The notes below the pieces were generated by a model. The model worked only from the letters and a program-made list of their open reading frames with translations. It had not been told where the DNA came from and made no database searches. A stretch of DNA of 64,000 nucleotides from Brevundimonas sp. (GTDB lineage: Bacteria > Pseudomonadota > Alphaproteobacteria > Caulobacterales > Caulobacteraceae). The stretch spans positions 336 to 64,335 of the forward strand of contig NZ_JAKFEB010000175.1 in NCBI RefSeq assembly GCF_036677305.1. Direction: 5' to 3'. This document shows, piece by piece, positions 56,016-64,000 of this stretch; within the stretch, counting starts at the first letter, position 1; each line of letters starts with the position of its first letter. The position numbers and the translations under genes were made by a program.

Positions 56016-56810
56016 TCAGGGGCGCCGGGCCGAGGCGCTGACCGCGAGCGTCACGGTCACGCGACGAGCCTCGGCGTCGTTCTGCGGGACGTCCGGGTCG
56101 TGCGCCACGGGCGCCGAACCCAGGGCGGCGGGCAGAAGGAATTTGTCAGGCGTGATGCCGGCGGACCGTTCCAGATACCGGATGACGGCCTGCGCCCGCC
56201 GCTGGCTGAGCCGCTCGTTGGCCGCGGCGTTGCCCGTCGGATCCGCGCGACCGACGACGGCAAACCGGTAGGCGGTGTTGAGCCCGCGCGCCTGGGCCGC
56301 GATCGCGTCGAGACTGGCCTTGGCCTCATCGGTCAGGGCTGAGCTGCCCAGCGCGAAGAAGACCTTGGTCCGGCCCGCCTGGACAAGCTGTCCCACGTTG
56401 TCGATGCGTTCCGCGTTTTCGGCGACGCGCGCCTCGGTGCCGACCAGCCCGCCGGCGATCGCCCGGGCGGTGCGAAGGTCGCCTTCCTTGAAGATGACTT
56501 CGGCGGCGGTGACGCCGGCGCCGTCCTGCACGCCCTCGACCGATACGGTGAGGCCCGGGATGAGATCGGCGGCGGGATGATCCTCGCCGCGGACATTCAG
56601 CACCCCGGTGGTGCCGCGAATTCTGGTGGAGCTGGTCAGATTCACCCGGTGATCGCCCTCGGCGTTCCGGATGACGACGGTCGATCCCTCGTTCGCCGTG
56701 ATCACGCCGCCGACTTCCCTGGGTTCCTGGGCGAGAGCCGCGCCGGCGACGGCGCAGGATGCCGCTGCGGCGACCATCAACGCCGCGAATACATTCCTTG
56801 TTCTTGTCAT
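56016..56810 (-). CDS. OmpA-family peptidoglycan-binding protein with N-terminal beta-rich domain
   Basis: ORF track, 264 aa, with a signal peptide. C-terminal OmpA_C-like VFFALGSSALTDEAKASLDAIA...VVGRADPTGNAAANERLSQRRAQAV. Confidence 0.85.
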   Translation of the reverse strand: MTRTRNVFAALMVAAAASCAVAGAALAQEPREVGGVITANEGSTVVIRNAEGDHRVNLTSSTRIRGTTGVLNVRGEDHPAADLIPGLTVSVEGVQDGAGVTAAEVIFKEGDLRTARAIAGGLVGTEARVAENAERIDNVGQLVQAGRTKVFFALGSSALTDEAKASLDAIAAQARGLNTAYRFAVVGRADPTGNAAANERLSQRRAQAVIRYLERSAGITPDKFLLPAALGSAPVAHDPDVPQNDAEARRVTVTLAVSASARRP

Positions 56811-56936
56811 CGTCGTGTCCTCGTCAAGCGAGGCCGAGATGGCCCGCCAGGATATCGGCGTACCGATGTGCGCTGACGCTCGGTATCAGGTGGACCCCCT
56901 AGGTTTTAACGAGCAAGTCCCGATCCTCGTCACATT

Positions 56937-56952
56937 TCGATACCGTCGATAC
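56937..56952. repeat. Direct repeat TCGATAC-CG-TCGATAC upstream of the ompA-like gene
   Basis: A 7-mer repeated with 9-bp period in a lower-GC patch, about 130 bp upstream of the ompA-like ATG (56810). Confidence 0.3.
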
Positions 56953-57319
56953 TTGAGATGTCCTGATCGATCGACGTGAATGTTGCCGATCATTGCCGGT
57001 ACGGGGATTCGCTGCGCGCCGTTTCGGGTCTCCACCCGATGTGGCGCGCCGACCAAATGAGGTCAGATCACAGGGCTCGGAACCCCTGACCCTGAGCATT
57101 GGGTGTCATAGCCCACCGTGGAGACGGCCCCGTGCTAACGTGCGGGGCCGTGGCCGCTTCGCCGCGCCGTTTCCGGTGCGGTCCTTTCTCGCAAATGCAT
57201 CCCGAAATAAGGGTTTTGCCCGGTGGCGCCCGAGAGCCGTTGCGAGCCTTCATGGGGGCTTCGGTCGAACGCATGTCGCCTCCGGGCGACGACGTTCGCG
57301 CCGCCAATGCGAGCCAGCA

Positions 57320-57775
57320 ATGAGACCGGCAATGATCATCGTCACCGGAACCATCGACGTGGCCCCCGCGCGACGGGAGGCCTTCATTCGCGACCAGCTG
57401 GACCGCATCCGCGAGACCCGGAACGCAAAGGGCTGCCTGACCTGCGCCTACAGCCCCGATCCGCTTGAGCCCGGAAGGGTGCTGTTGATCGAGCGGTGGG
57501 CCAGCCAGGAGGATTTCGACGCCCATGTCGCCGTGGCGCAGGCCTGCTGCCCGGCCGTCCCCTCGGACGTCGTGACCAACGTCGTTTCGGTCTCGGTCTA
57601 CGATGTGGCCAAGGAGCGCTGGCTCGGGGGCTGGGACCTGGACTTTCCTTCAGGGTCGGCGCTGCTGGCGAAACAGGGCAGGTCGCCGATGGCGCCGTCC
57701 CCGGACCCGGACGTGTGGAGCGCCCCGCTCCGCCGGTGGGCCACCAGCGCCCTGGGCATCCATTCCACCCGATAG
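57320..57775 (+). CDS. Antibiotic-biosynthesis-monooxygenase (ABM) domain protein
   Basis: Within ORF 56993..57775, using the ATG at 57320 (MRPAMIIVTGTIDVAPARREAFI...LLIERWASQEDFDAHV). The upstream part of the ORF is Arg-rich junk. The C-terminal ~50 aa are low confidence. Confidence 0.6.
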   Translation: MRPAMIIVTGTIDVAPARREAFIRDQLDRIRETRNAKGCLTCAYSPDPLEPGRVLLIERWASQEDFDAHVAVAQACCPAVPSDVVTNVVSVSVYDVAKERWLGGWDLDFPSGSALLAKQGRSPMAPSPDPDVWSAPLRRWATSALGIHSTR

Positions 57776-57784
57776 GCGGCGCCT

Positions 57785-59350
57785 TCAGGAGCCGGGCTGG
57801 ATATAGGGCGTCCGCGAGAAGAAGCGGCGTTCGTCGCCGCGCGGATCGTTCTGCATCCGGGTCTCGGCAGCGAACACCATGGTCTCGCGTTCGGCGAGCC
57901 CGTAGGGGGTCCAGGCCGGGAGGCCGGCATGGTTGGGATCACCCGATCGCGCGAAGGCGATGAAGGCGTCGCTGAGGCGAGCGGCCACGCCGTGCGCCGC
58001 GGGGCCCGTGACCCTGGATCCAGAGGCGTCCACATTGTCGAACGCCAGGGGGATGTCCACCGTGTGGAAGGCTCCGGAGCGGCCGTTCTCGAGAGTGCCG
58101 GGGAAATCCATCTGGTAGACCCAGGCCGGGGCCCCCTGGACCGCCCGGGCCTCGGCCTCGATGATCGCGGCGCGCCACGATCGGCCCGCCGTCGAGGCGC
58201 CGATCAGCACCTGATCCGGCGACCAGCCGGGATACAGACGGCGGTATTCGGCGATGACGACTTCCGGCGCGACGTCGATGCGCATGACGTCGGGAGCCAT
58301 CCGTCCGGGCAGCGTCTCCCAGGTCAGGCCGGCATTGGCCGGGTTGCCGCCCAGGAAGGCGAGGGTCTCGTCCCGGGTGTTGCCGATGATCATCGGCACT
58401 TCCGCCGACTGGGATGGAGCGTCCGGATAGAACGGGTGGCGGAACAGGGTCTGGTGATCCACCACGGGGCCGAAATAGAGACCGCCGTAGCCGAGCACGG
58501 GGTCCGTTGTCCGCGCGGCGTCCAGCAGGGCCTCGGCCGGCATTTCGAGCAGGGCTCCAACCCGGTCCGGCGCGACGCCCGCGGCGTGCAGCCATGCATG
58601 CGTGCGCCGGGTGGCGTTCAGCGGGCCCGACGCCGTCACCTGCTGGCCGCTCATGGTCGCGGCGCGATGGAACAGGCCGGCGGCCGACGGCGTGGCCATC
58701 AGGGTCGCGATCTTGGCGCCGCCGCCGGACTGGCCGAAGACCATGACCCGTCCCGGATCGCCGCCGAAGGCCTGGATATTGTCCTGCACCCATTGCAGCG
58801 CCTGGATCAGGTCCAGCTGACCCGCATTGCCCGAATGGGGGAAGCCCGCATCCAGCCGGGCCAGATAGGCGTAGCCGAACAGGTTGAGCCGGTGATTCAG
58901 CGTGACCACGACCACGTCGCCGCGCGCGGCCAGCCTCGAGCCGTCATACAGGGGCGATGAGCCTGATCCGGTCGAATAGCCGCCGCCATGGACATAGACC
59001 ATGACCGGCCGCCGTCCGGCGTCGAGGCCCGGCGTCCAGACGTTGAGGAACAGGCAGTCCTCGGACTGGTTGGCCTCTCCGCCCGACTGGGGACAGGCGG
59101 CGCCGTAGTCGAGCGCCTCGACCGGTCGCGACCATGGGGCGGGGGGACGCGGCGGCTGAAAACGGGTCGGGCGGGTGTCGGCGCCGTAGCGCACGCCCTT
59201 GAACGACAGGATGCCATGGTCGCGCGATCCTGTGACCGGGCCGTGGATCGTCCGCGCGCGGGGCGATGCGGCGGCCCCGGCGCGCGTGGAGGTCATGGAA
59301 ACCGCGCTGGCCGCGAAGGCGCCCAGGGTATCGCGGCGCGTCAGCGTCAC
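57785..59350 (-). CDS. Type-B carboxylesterase with twin-arginine (Tat) signal
   Basis: ORF track, 521 aa. MTLTRRDTLGAFAASAV is Tat-like. FKGVRYGADT; nucleophile elbow FGQSGGG. The start overlaps the kdgK stop by 4 bp. Confidence 0.88.
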   Translation of the reverse strand: MTLTRRDTLGAFAASAVSMTSTRAGAAASPRARTIHGPVTGSRDHGILSFKGVRYGADTRPTRFQPPRPPAPWSRPVEALDYGAACPQSGGEANQSEDCLFLNVWTPGLDAGRRPVMVYVHGGGYSTGSGSSPLYDGSRLAARGDVVVVTLNHRLNLFGYAYLARLDAGFPHSGNAGQLDLIQALQWVQDNIQAFGGDPGRVMVFGQSGGGAKIATLMATPSAAGLFHRAATMSGQQVTASGPLNATRRTHAWLHAAGVAPDRVGALLEMPAEALLDAARTTDPVLGYGGLYFGPVVDHQTLFRHPFYPDAPSQSAEVPMIIGNTRDETLAFLGGNPANAGLTWETLPGRMAPDVMRIDVAPEVVIAEYRRLYPGWSPDQVLIGASTAGRSWRAAIIEAEARAVQGAPAWVYQMDFPGTLENGRSGAFHTVDIPLAFDNVDASGSRVTGPAAHGVAARLSDAFIAFARSGDPNHAGLPAWTPYGLAERETMVFAAETRMQNDPRGDERRFFSRTPYIQPGS

Positions 59351-60453
59351 CGGATCGAGCGGCCGTCGCCGCCGGCCAGCAGGGCCGCGATCTCCTGACG
59401 CGACACCATCGAGGCGTCGCCCGGCGTGGTCATGGCCAGGGCGCCATGGGCCGCGCCCCAGGCCACCGCTTCCTTCACGGACAGGCCCTCGATCAACGCC
59501 CAGGCCAGACCCGAGACGAAGCTGTCCCCGCCTCCCACCCGGTCCAGAATTTCCAGATCGGTCCAGACCGGCGCCGTATGCAGTTCACCGCCGCTCCAGG
59601 CCGCCGCCGACCAGTCGTTGCGGCTGGCCGTCGAGGGGCGGCGCAAGGTGGCGGCGACGACCCTGGCCTGGGGGTAGAGAGCGCTGAACGCTTCGGCGGC
59701 CGAGGCGAACGCCGACGCCCCGAGGCCGGCGTCGGCGTCGGCCTTCGGCGCCGGCAGGTCGATGCCGAGGCAGGTTTCGAACCCGTGGCCGTCGCCGATC
59801 ATGACATCGACGGCGCCGGCGATGGCGCGGTTCACACGTCGGGCGGCGTCCGGATCCGGGTGGCTGTTCCACAGGCTGGCGCGATAGTTGAGATCGTAGG
59901 AGACCACGGTCCCGTGCCTGCGGGCGGCCTCGACCGCCTCGATGGCGACCTCGGCCGTCGAGGTCGACAGGGCGGCGAAGATGCCGCCGGTGTGGAACCA
60001 GCGCACGCCCTCGTCGCCGAACAGCCGGTCCCAGTCGATCTCGCCCGGGCGCATCTGGCTGGCCGCCGAATTGGCGCGGTCGGACAGGCCCCGCGCGGGC
60101 CGGACGCCGAAGCCGCGCTCGGTGAAATTCAGACCCAGACGGGTGTTGCGCCCCATGCCGTCGGCGGCGCGCCACAGGATGTGGCTGCGGTCCACCCCGC
60201 CCTGGCCGATCAGGTCATCGGCCAGCCGGCCCAGGTCGTTGTCGGGCAGGGCCGTGACCACGGCTCCGCGCAGGTCGAAAGACTTCGTCATGGCCCGGAC
60301 GACGTTGTATTCGCCGCCGCCCTCCCAGACATCGAAGGACCGCGCGTTGCGGACGCGTCGCTCGCCGGGATCGAACCGCAGCATGACCTCGCCCAGGGCG
60401 ACCATGTCCCAGCGGCACTGTTCGGACGGGCGGAGGTTCGGCAGGGCAGACAT
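59347..60453 (-). CDS. kdgK: PfkB-family sugar kinase, 2-dehydro-3-deoxygluconokinase-like
   Basis: ORF track, 368 aa. ALGEVMLRFDPG, GGGEYNV, and C-terminal LDRVGGGDSFVSG (PfkB signature 2). Confidence 0.8.
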   Translation of the reverse strand: MSALPNLRPSEQCRWDMVALGEVMLRFDPGERRVRNARSFDVWEGGGEYNVVRAMTKSFDLRGAVVTALPDNDLGRLADDLIGQGGVDRSHILWRAADGMGRNTRLGLNFTERGFGVRPARGLSDRANSAASQMRPGEIDWDRLFGDEGVRWFHTGGIFAALSTSTAEVAIEAVEAARRHGTVVSYDLNYRASLWNSHPDPDAARRVNRAIAGAVDVMIGDGHGFETCLGIDLPAPKADADAGLGASAFASAAEAFSALYPQARVVAATLRRPSTASRNDWSAAAWSGGELHTAPVWTDLEILDRVGGGDSFVSGLAWALIEGLSVKEAVAWGAAHGALAMTTPGDASMVSRQEIAALLAGGDGRSIR

Positions 60454-60503
60454 CCCGAAATCCTATACGCCGCGTCCCGACGGCGGTAGCGGCCAAAGAA
60501 AGA

Positions 60504-60529
60504 GGGCCGGCGACTTTCGCCGCCGGCCC
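60504..60529 (-). terminator. Rho-independent terminator after the TBDR (minus strand)
   Basis: GGGCCGGCG-8 nt-CGCCGGCCC. The minus strand continues CTCTTTCTTTGG. Confidence 0.7.
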
Positions 60530-60556
60530 CGAAGTGACGTTCAGGAGAACGCGTTA

Positions 60557-63556
60557 CTAGAAGCGGTAGCGGGCGCCGACGAACACCTGGCGGCCCGTGT
60601 GGTGGTAGACCGAGGTGCTTTCCCGATCGAGGCCGTCGCCGACGAACTGGTGGTTCGCCTCGTCGGTCAGGTTCAGGGCTTCCAGGGTGAGCTGGATCTC
60701 GTCGGTGATCTGGTACGAGGCCGAGGCGTCGAGGTTGAAGGTTTCCTTCTTGCCCTCGATGTTGTTGCCGTTCCGCCCGGGGACGTTCTGGAGATACTCG
60801 TCCCGGATCGCCGCCGAGATGCGCGCCGACAGCTTGCTGTCCTCGTAGTAGAGGGTGGCGTTGTAGGACTGGGGCGACAGGTTGATCAGGTCTGCGGTGA
60901 CGAAGACCGCGCAGGTCGCGTCATTGCAGTAGTCGATCTCGGACTCGACGTGGGTGTAGTTCAGCTGCACGCCGGTGTTCGACAGGAAGCCCGGCAGGAA
61001 GCGGAACGGCTGCTGGTAGCTGATCTCGAAGCCCTTCAGCGGGCCGCCTTCGGTGTTCACCGCCGCCGTCAGCTGGAAGATGGTCGAGGCGGTGCAGGTC
61101 CCGGTGCAGAAGGCCGGAGCGAACGCCGACGGGTTCAGGGCGGTCAGGGCCGCATAGGGCAGGTCCTGGCGAACGAGCTGAATGTAGGTGTCGATGTCCT
61201 TGTAGAAATAGGCGAAGGACAGCAGGCTTTCCGGCGCGAAATACCATTCGATGCTGAAGTCGTAGGTGTCGGCGCGGAACGGCTCAAGCTTCACATTGCC
61301 GATGGTGGCGGTGAAGTTCGGGCCGGTCGACAGCGAGGTGGTCGGAACCAGGAAGTTGGTGCCGGCGAGGTTGTTGTTGATCGGCGGGCGCGCCATCACC
61401 TTGGCCGCGCCGAAGCGCAGGAACAGGTCCTCGACCGGCTCCAGCACCATGTTCAGCGAAGGCAGGGTGTCGGAATACTCGTTCTCGCCGAGCACCAGGG
61501 TGCCGCCGCCGGTGGAGCTGTAGCCCTCGGCTTCCAGGACGGTGTTGACCTGGCGGACCCCGATGTTGCCGCGCAGCGGCATGTCGAAGACCTCGGTGTT
61601 GAAGTCGGCCTGGATGTAGAAGGCCAGATCCTGTTCGTAGATCGACCGGTTGCCGGCGCGGGCGTTGCCGTTGGTGATGCTGGTCATGCGGAAGTCGCCG
61701 CCAGGCACGCCGGTGTCGCAGTTGCAGTAGATGTTGAACAGGTCGGCGATGGCGTCGAGGTCCGGTCGCAGCCAGCTCGTGTCGGTGCCGGTCGGGACCA
61801 GGTCCTGGCCGAAGCCCGTCAGCAGGTTGGAGATATTGGCCACGGTGACGCCGGCCGGCAGCTGCGGGACGAGGGTTTCGTCGGTGCGACGCGATTCATG
61901 GGAATCGGAGCTGTAGGTCTTGAAATTGACCCCCGCCTTGAGGGTGACGAACTCGGTGGCGTCGTATTCGATGTCAGCCTGGGCGGTGGTGAAGGTGGTG
62001 TCCACGCCGTTGGGCCGCAGGCGGATTTCCGAACGCGGCAGGGCGGCCACGCCGGTGCCCAGGTTGGCGCCGCGCCAGGCCCAGTTGGCCGGATTGGCGA
62101 CGTCGAAGCCGTAGCTGATGACCGGCGCGTCCGGATTGCCGCGGAAGTCCCACGAATAGCCCTGGGTGTTCTGACGATCGAGGGTGACGGTCGTCTGGAC
62201 CGGGTTCTCGAAATTCGAGTTCGCATTGCCGTAGTAGAAGCTGCCGCGCAGGCGATCCGAGAAGTCGTGCTCGGCCTTGAAGTCGATCTGGGTGTAGGCG
62301 GTCGTCAGCTCGTCGAAACGGCTCTCCGAGCGGATGTCCACATTGTCGAACACGCCGTAGACCAGCATGTTGTTCTCGACCGCAGCGTCGCGCACGTGGA
62401 TCTGGGTCTGACCGCCGGCCGCCGCGTTGCGGCTGAAGGACAGGGCTTCGAGGAAGTCTTCCTGACGGGTGGCGTCAAGCTTGGAGTAGAGGACGTCCAC
62501 CGTGAACAGGGTGGTCTCGGCCGGCCGCCACTGGAAGGAGCCGGTGACGCCCAGGCGTTCCTGCTCGTGGGTCAGGCGGCCGTAGCGCGGCAGGCGGGGA
62601 ATGAAGACGCTGGCCTGGTTGGCCGTCGTATAGGCGGTGTTGTTCGCCGCCGTGTTGGCGGGACGCGGCACGCCCGTGGCGCAGTTGGCGGCGTTCGACC
62701 CGTTCGCGCCGCTGTTGCCCGGGTTCTGGGGTGCGAAACCGACGGGCGAACAGAAGCCGCCGCTGTTGGTCGAACCCGGCGCCGCCGCGGGCGCCCAGCG
62801 GACCGAGCTGAAGCCCTCCTCGAGCAGGCTGCGCTCGCTGTAGGCCAGCGAAACAAGGGCGCCGAACTCGTCATTGGCGCCGAAGGTGTCGCTGAGCAGG
62901 AAGGCGTAGCGCGGATTGTACTCTTCCGAGAGGTCGTTGTAGCCGACCTGGACCGAGGCGGCGGCGGTGAAGCCGTTCCGGTCGAACGGGCGGGTCGACA
63001 GCAGGTCCACGGTCGCGCCCAGCGAGCCCTCTTCGGTTTCGGCCGCGGCGGTCTTGCGCACGGTGATCGAGTTGAAGAGTTCGGAGGCGAAGACGTTGAA
63101 GTCGAAGCCGCGGCCGCGGTTGGCGCCGCCCGAGGAGTCGGTGCCGCCGGCGGTGGCCTGGGCCTCCATGCCGTTCAGGCGGGTGCGGGTGAAGTCGGGA
63201 CCGAGGCCGCGGACCGTGATCGTGCGGCCCTCGCCTGCGTCACGGTCGATGGAGACGCCCGGAACGCGCTGGATCGACTCGGCCAGGTTCAGGTCCGGGA
63301 AGTCGGCGATGTCCTCGGCGACGATCACGTCGACCATGTTGTTCTCACGCCGCTTGGCGTCGAGGCCGGCGCTCAGGCTGGCGCGGAAACCGGTGACGAC
63401 GACCTCGTCGACTTCGGTCGGCTCGTCCTGACGCGGCGCATCCTGTGCGGCGGCGACGCCAACCCCCAGCGACAGGGCGACGGCCAGGCCGGACGCTCCC
63501 GCGAAAAGGCTACGGCGAAAGGCGCGGGTCATCCCCGGCTGAATGGCTTGCATCAT
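60557..63556 (-). CDS. TonB-dependent receptor (carbohydrate/pectin-locus type)
   Basis: Within ORF 60557..63793, using the ATGATG at 63556 (MMQAIQPGMTRAFRRSLFAGASGLAVALSLGVGVAAAQ) preceded by GGGAGGAGG. Plug VDEVVVTGFRASL. C-terminal GARYRF. 999 aa. Confidence 0.9.
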   Translation of the reverse strand: MMQAIQPGMTRAFRRSLFAGASGLAVALSLGVGVAAAQDAPRQDEPTEVDEVVVTGFRASLSAGLDAKRRENNMVDVIVAEDIADFPDLNLAESIQRVPGVSIDRDAGEGRTITVRGLGPDFTRTRLNGMEAQATAGGTDSSGGANRGRGFDFNVFASELFNSITVRKTAAAETEEGSLGATVDLLSTRPFDRNGFTAAASVQVGYNDLSEEYNPRYAFLLSDTFGANDEFGALVSLAYSERSLLEEGFSSVRWAPAAAPGSTNSGGFCSPVGFAPQNPGNSGANGSNAANCATGVPRPANTAANNTAYTTANQASVFIPRLPRYGRLTHEQERLGVTGSFQWRPAETTLFTVDVLYSKLDATRQEDFLEALSFSRNAAAGGQTQIHVRDAAVENNMLVYGVFDNVDIRSESRFDELTTAYTQIDFKAEHDFSDRLRGSFYYGNANSNFENPVQTTVTLDRQNTQGYSWDFRGNPDAPVISYGFDVANPANWAWRGANLGTGVAALPRSEIRLRPNGVDTTFTTAQADIEYDATEFVTLKAGVNFKTYSSDSHESRRTDETLVPQLPAGVTVANISNLLTGFGQDLVPTGTDTSWLRPDLDAIADLFNIYCNCDTGVPGGDFRMTSITNGNARAGNRSIYEQDLAFYIQADFNTEVFDMPLRGNIGVRQVNTVLEAEGYSSTGGGTLVLGENEYSDTLPSLNMVLEPVEDLFLRFGAAKVMARPPINNNLAGTNFLVPTTSLSTGPNFTATIGNVKLEPFRADTYDFSIEWYFAPESLLSFAYFYKDIDTYIQLVRQDLPYAALTALNPSAFAPAFCTGTCTASTIFQLTAAVNTEGGPLKGFEISYQQPFRFLPGFLSNTGVQLNYTHVESEIDYCNDATCAVFVTADLINLSPQSYNATLYYEDSKLSARISAAIRDEYLQNVPGRNGNNIEGKKETFNLDASASYQITDEIQLTLEALNLTDEANHQFVGDGLDRESTSVYHHTGRQVFVGARYRF

Positions 63557-63642
63557 ATGCCTCCTCCCAATTGGGCATACAGAACGCCGAGGTGACCCCG
63601 GTCTATCGATTTTTGCGGTTGGCCCGCCTGGGCCGTCCCGTT

Positions 63643-63656
63643 TGACACCGGTGTCA
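63643..63656. promoter_or_regulatory. Sugar-acid regulon operator motif, copy 3 (perfect palindrome TGACACCGGTGTCA)
   Basis: Lies in the TBDR / pectate-lyase divergent region. It overlaps a TTGACA -35-like hexamer (63642-63647), which has TGCAAT 17 nt downstream. Confidence 0.6.
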
Positions 63657-63676
63657 TCTTGGCGTGCAATAGTTTC

Positions 63677-63690
63677 TGACACCGGTAGCA
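63677..63690. promoter_or_regulatory. Sugar-acid regulon operator motif, copy 4 (TGACACCGGTAGCA)
   Basis: Centre is 34 bp from copy 3, 17 nt upstream of the pectate-lyase ATG. Confidence 0.5.
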
Positions 63691-63706
63691 ATCGGAGCCT
63701 ACCCCC

Positions 63707-64000
63707 ATGATCCGTATTTTGGGAAGCCCCCTTCTGCGCACCGCGCAGACAAGCGCGGCCATAACGCTGATCGGCGTGACTTTGGGAGCACACCCCGCGT
63801 CGTCGCAGGCGCCGGACATCGGCCCGGTCGCCTTCCCCGGGGCGGAGGGGGCGGGCCGGATGGCGGCCGGCGGGCGCGGCGGGCGCGTGCTGCGCGTGAC
63901 CAATCTGGACGACGCCGGCCCGGGCAGTCTTCGCGCCGCGGTCGAGGCCGACGGTCCGCGCACCGTGGTGTTCGACATCGGCGGGACCATCCGGCTGGCC
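63707..64000 (+). CDS. Pectate lyase (N-terminal 98 codons; runs off the right edge)
   Basis: My translation from the ATG at 63707: MIRILGSPLLRTAQTSAAITLIGVTLGAHPASSQAPDIGPVAFPGAEGAGRMAAGGRGGRVLRVTNLDDAGPGSLRAAVEADGPRTVVFDIGGTIRLA. The FPGAEG...GGRGG.V..VTNL.D.GPGSLR pattern is typical of bacterial pectate lyases. Confidence 0.75.
   Translation, partial: MIRILGSPLLRTAQTSAAITLIGVTLGAHPASSQAPDIGPVAFPGAEGAGRMAAGGRGGRVLRVTNLDDAGPGSLRAAVEADGPRTVVFDIGGTIRLA

Noticed and set aside
59942-63595. 1217-aa plus-strand ORF, the longest in that region
   Set aside because: It is entirely antisense to kdgK and the TBDR at 60557-63556, which have clear family motifs, signal peptide, SD and terminator. The translation is Gly/Arg/Ala/Val/Asp-rich junk. 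The same reasoning applies to 15911..18292 (-), 31092..34193 (+), 9057..11330 (-), 9545..11893 (+), 35897..37198 (+), 39212..40645 (-), 40661..42175 (-) and 46626..47903 (-).

Overview
This is a high-GC segment that looks like alphaproteobacterial chromosome. Gene content and TonB-dependent receptor (TBDR) density resemble Caulobacterales, but the taxon is inference. I call about 50 protein genes. I recognised no rRNA, tRNA, CRISPR array, integrase or transposase by eye. Many long ORFs in the track are antisense or out-of-frame high-GC artefacts and are rejected below. Left to right the window holds: (1) a TBDR + GH3 beta-glucosidase operon. (2) A hydroxyproline catabolic locus (epimerase, D-Hyp dehydrogenase, DapA-like deaminase, GntR regulator, M24 prolidase) with two identical 12-bp palindromes in its two divergent promoters. 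(3) An AraC-controlled operon of MDR oxidoreductase, TauD-like dioxygenase, BKACE (beta-keto acid cleavage enzyme) and MFS permease, next to a TBDR. (4) YeiH. (5) A TBDR / acyl-CoA synthetase / TetR / MFS / carboxylesterase cluster with two divergent SDRs. (6) A nitrogen-assimilation block, gltD-gltB, a Gcw_chp outer-membrane protein and amtB, with sigma54-like elements. (7) Sugar-acid genes (UxaA-family dehydratase, ExuT-like MFS, aldehyde dehydrogenase). (8) A run of poorly characterised envelope genes: DUF4239, an AaeXAB-like efflux set, a patatin lipoprotein, an outer-membrane barrel, and an AI-2E transporter overlapping a minimal K+ channel. (9) Two divergent paralogous orphan LuxR-type response regulators next to DUF2092, a repeat-rich secreted protein, TolC and an OmpA-like protein. 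(10) kdgK, a Tat-exported esterase, a TBDR and a pectate lyase. The best candidates for something undescribed are the response-regulator/DUF2092/repeat-protein/TolC envelope module (50957-56810), the BKACE/TauD operon (10178-15793), and a 14-bp operator motif seen four times that links the two separated hexuronate/pectin loci. All functional assignments come from motif recognition by eye. No database search was run.
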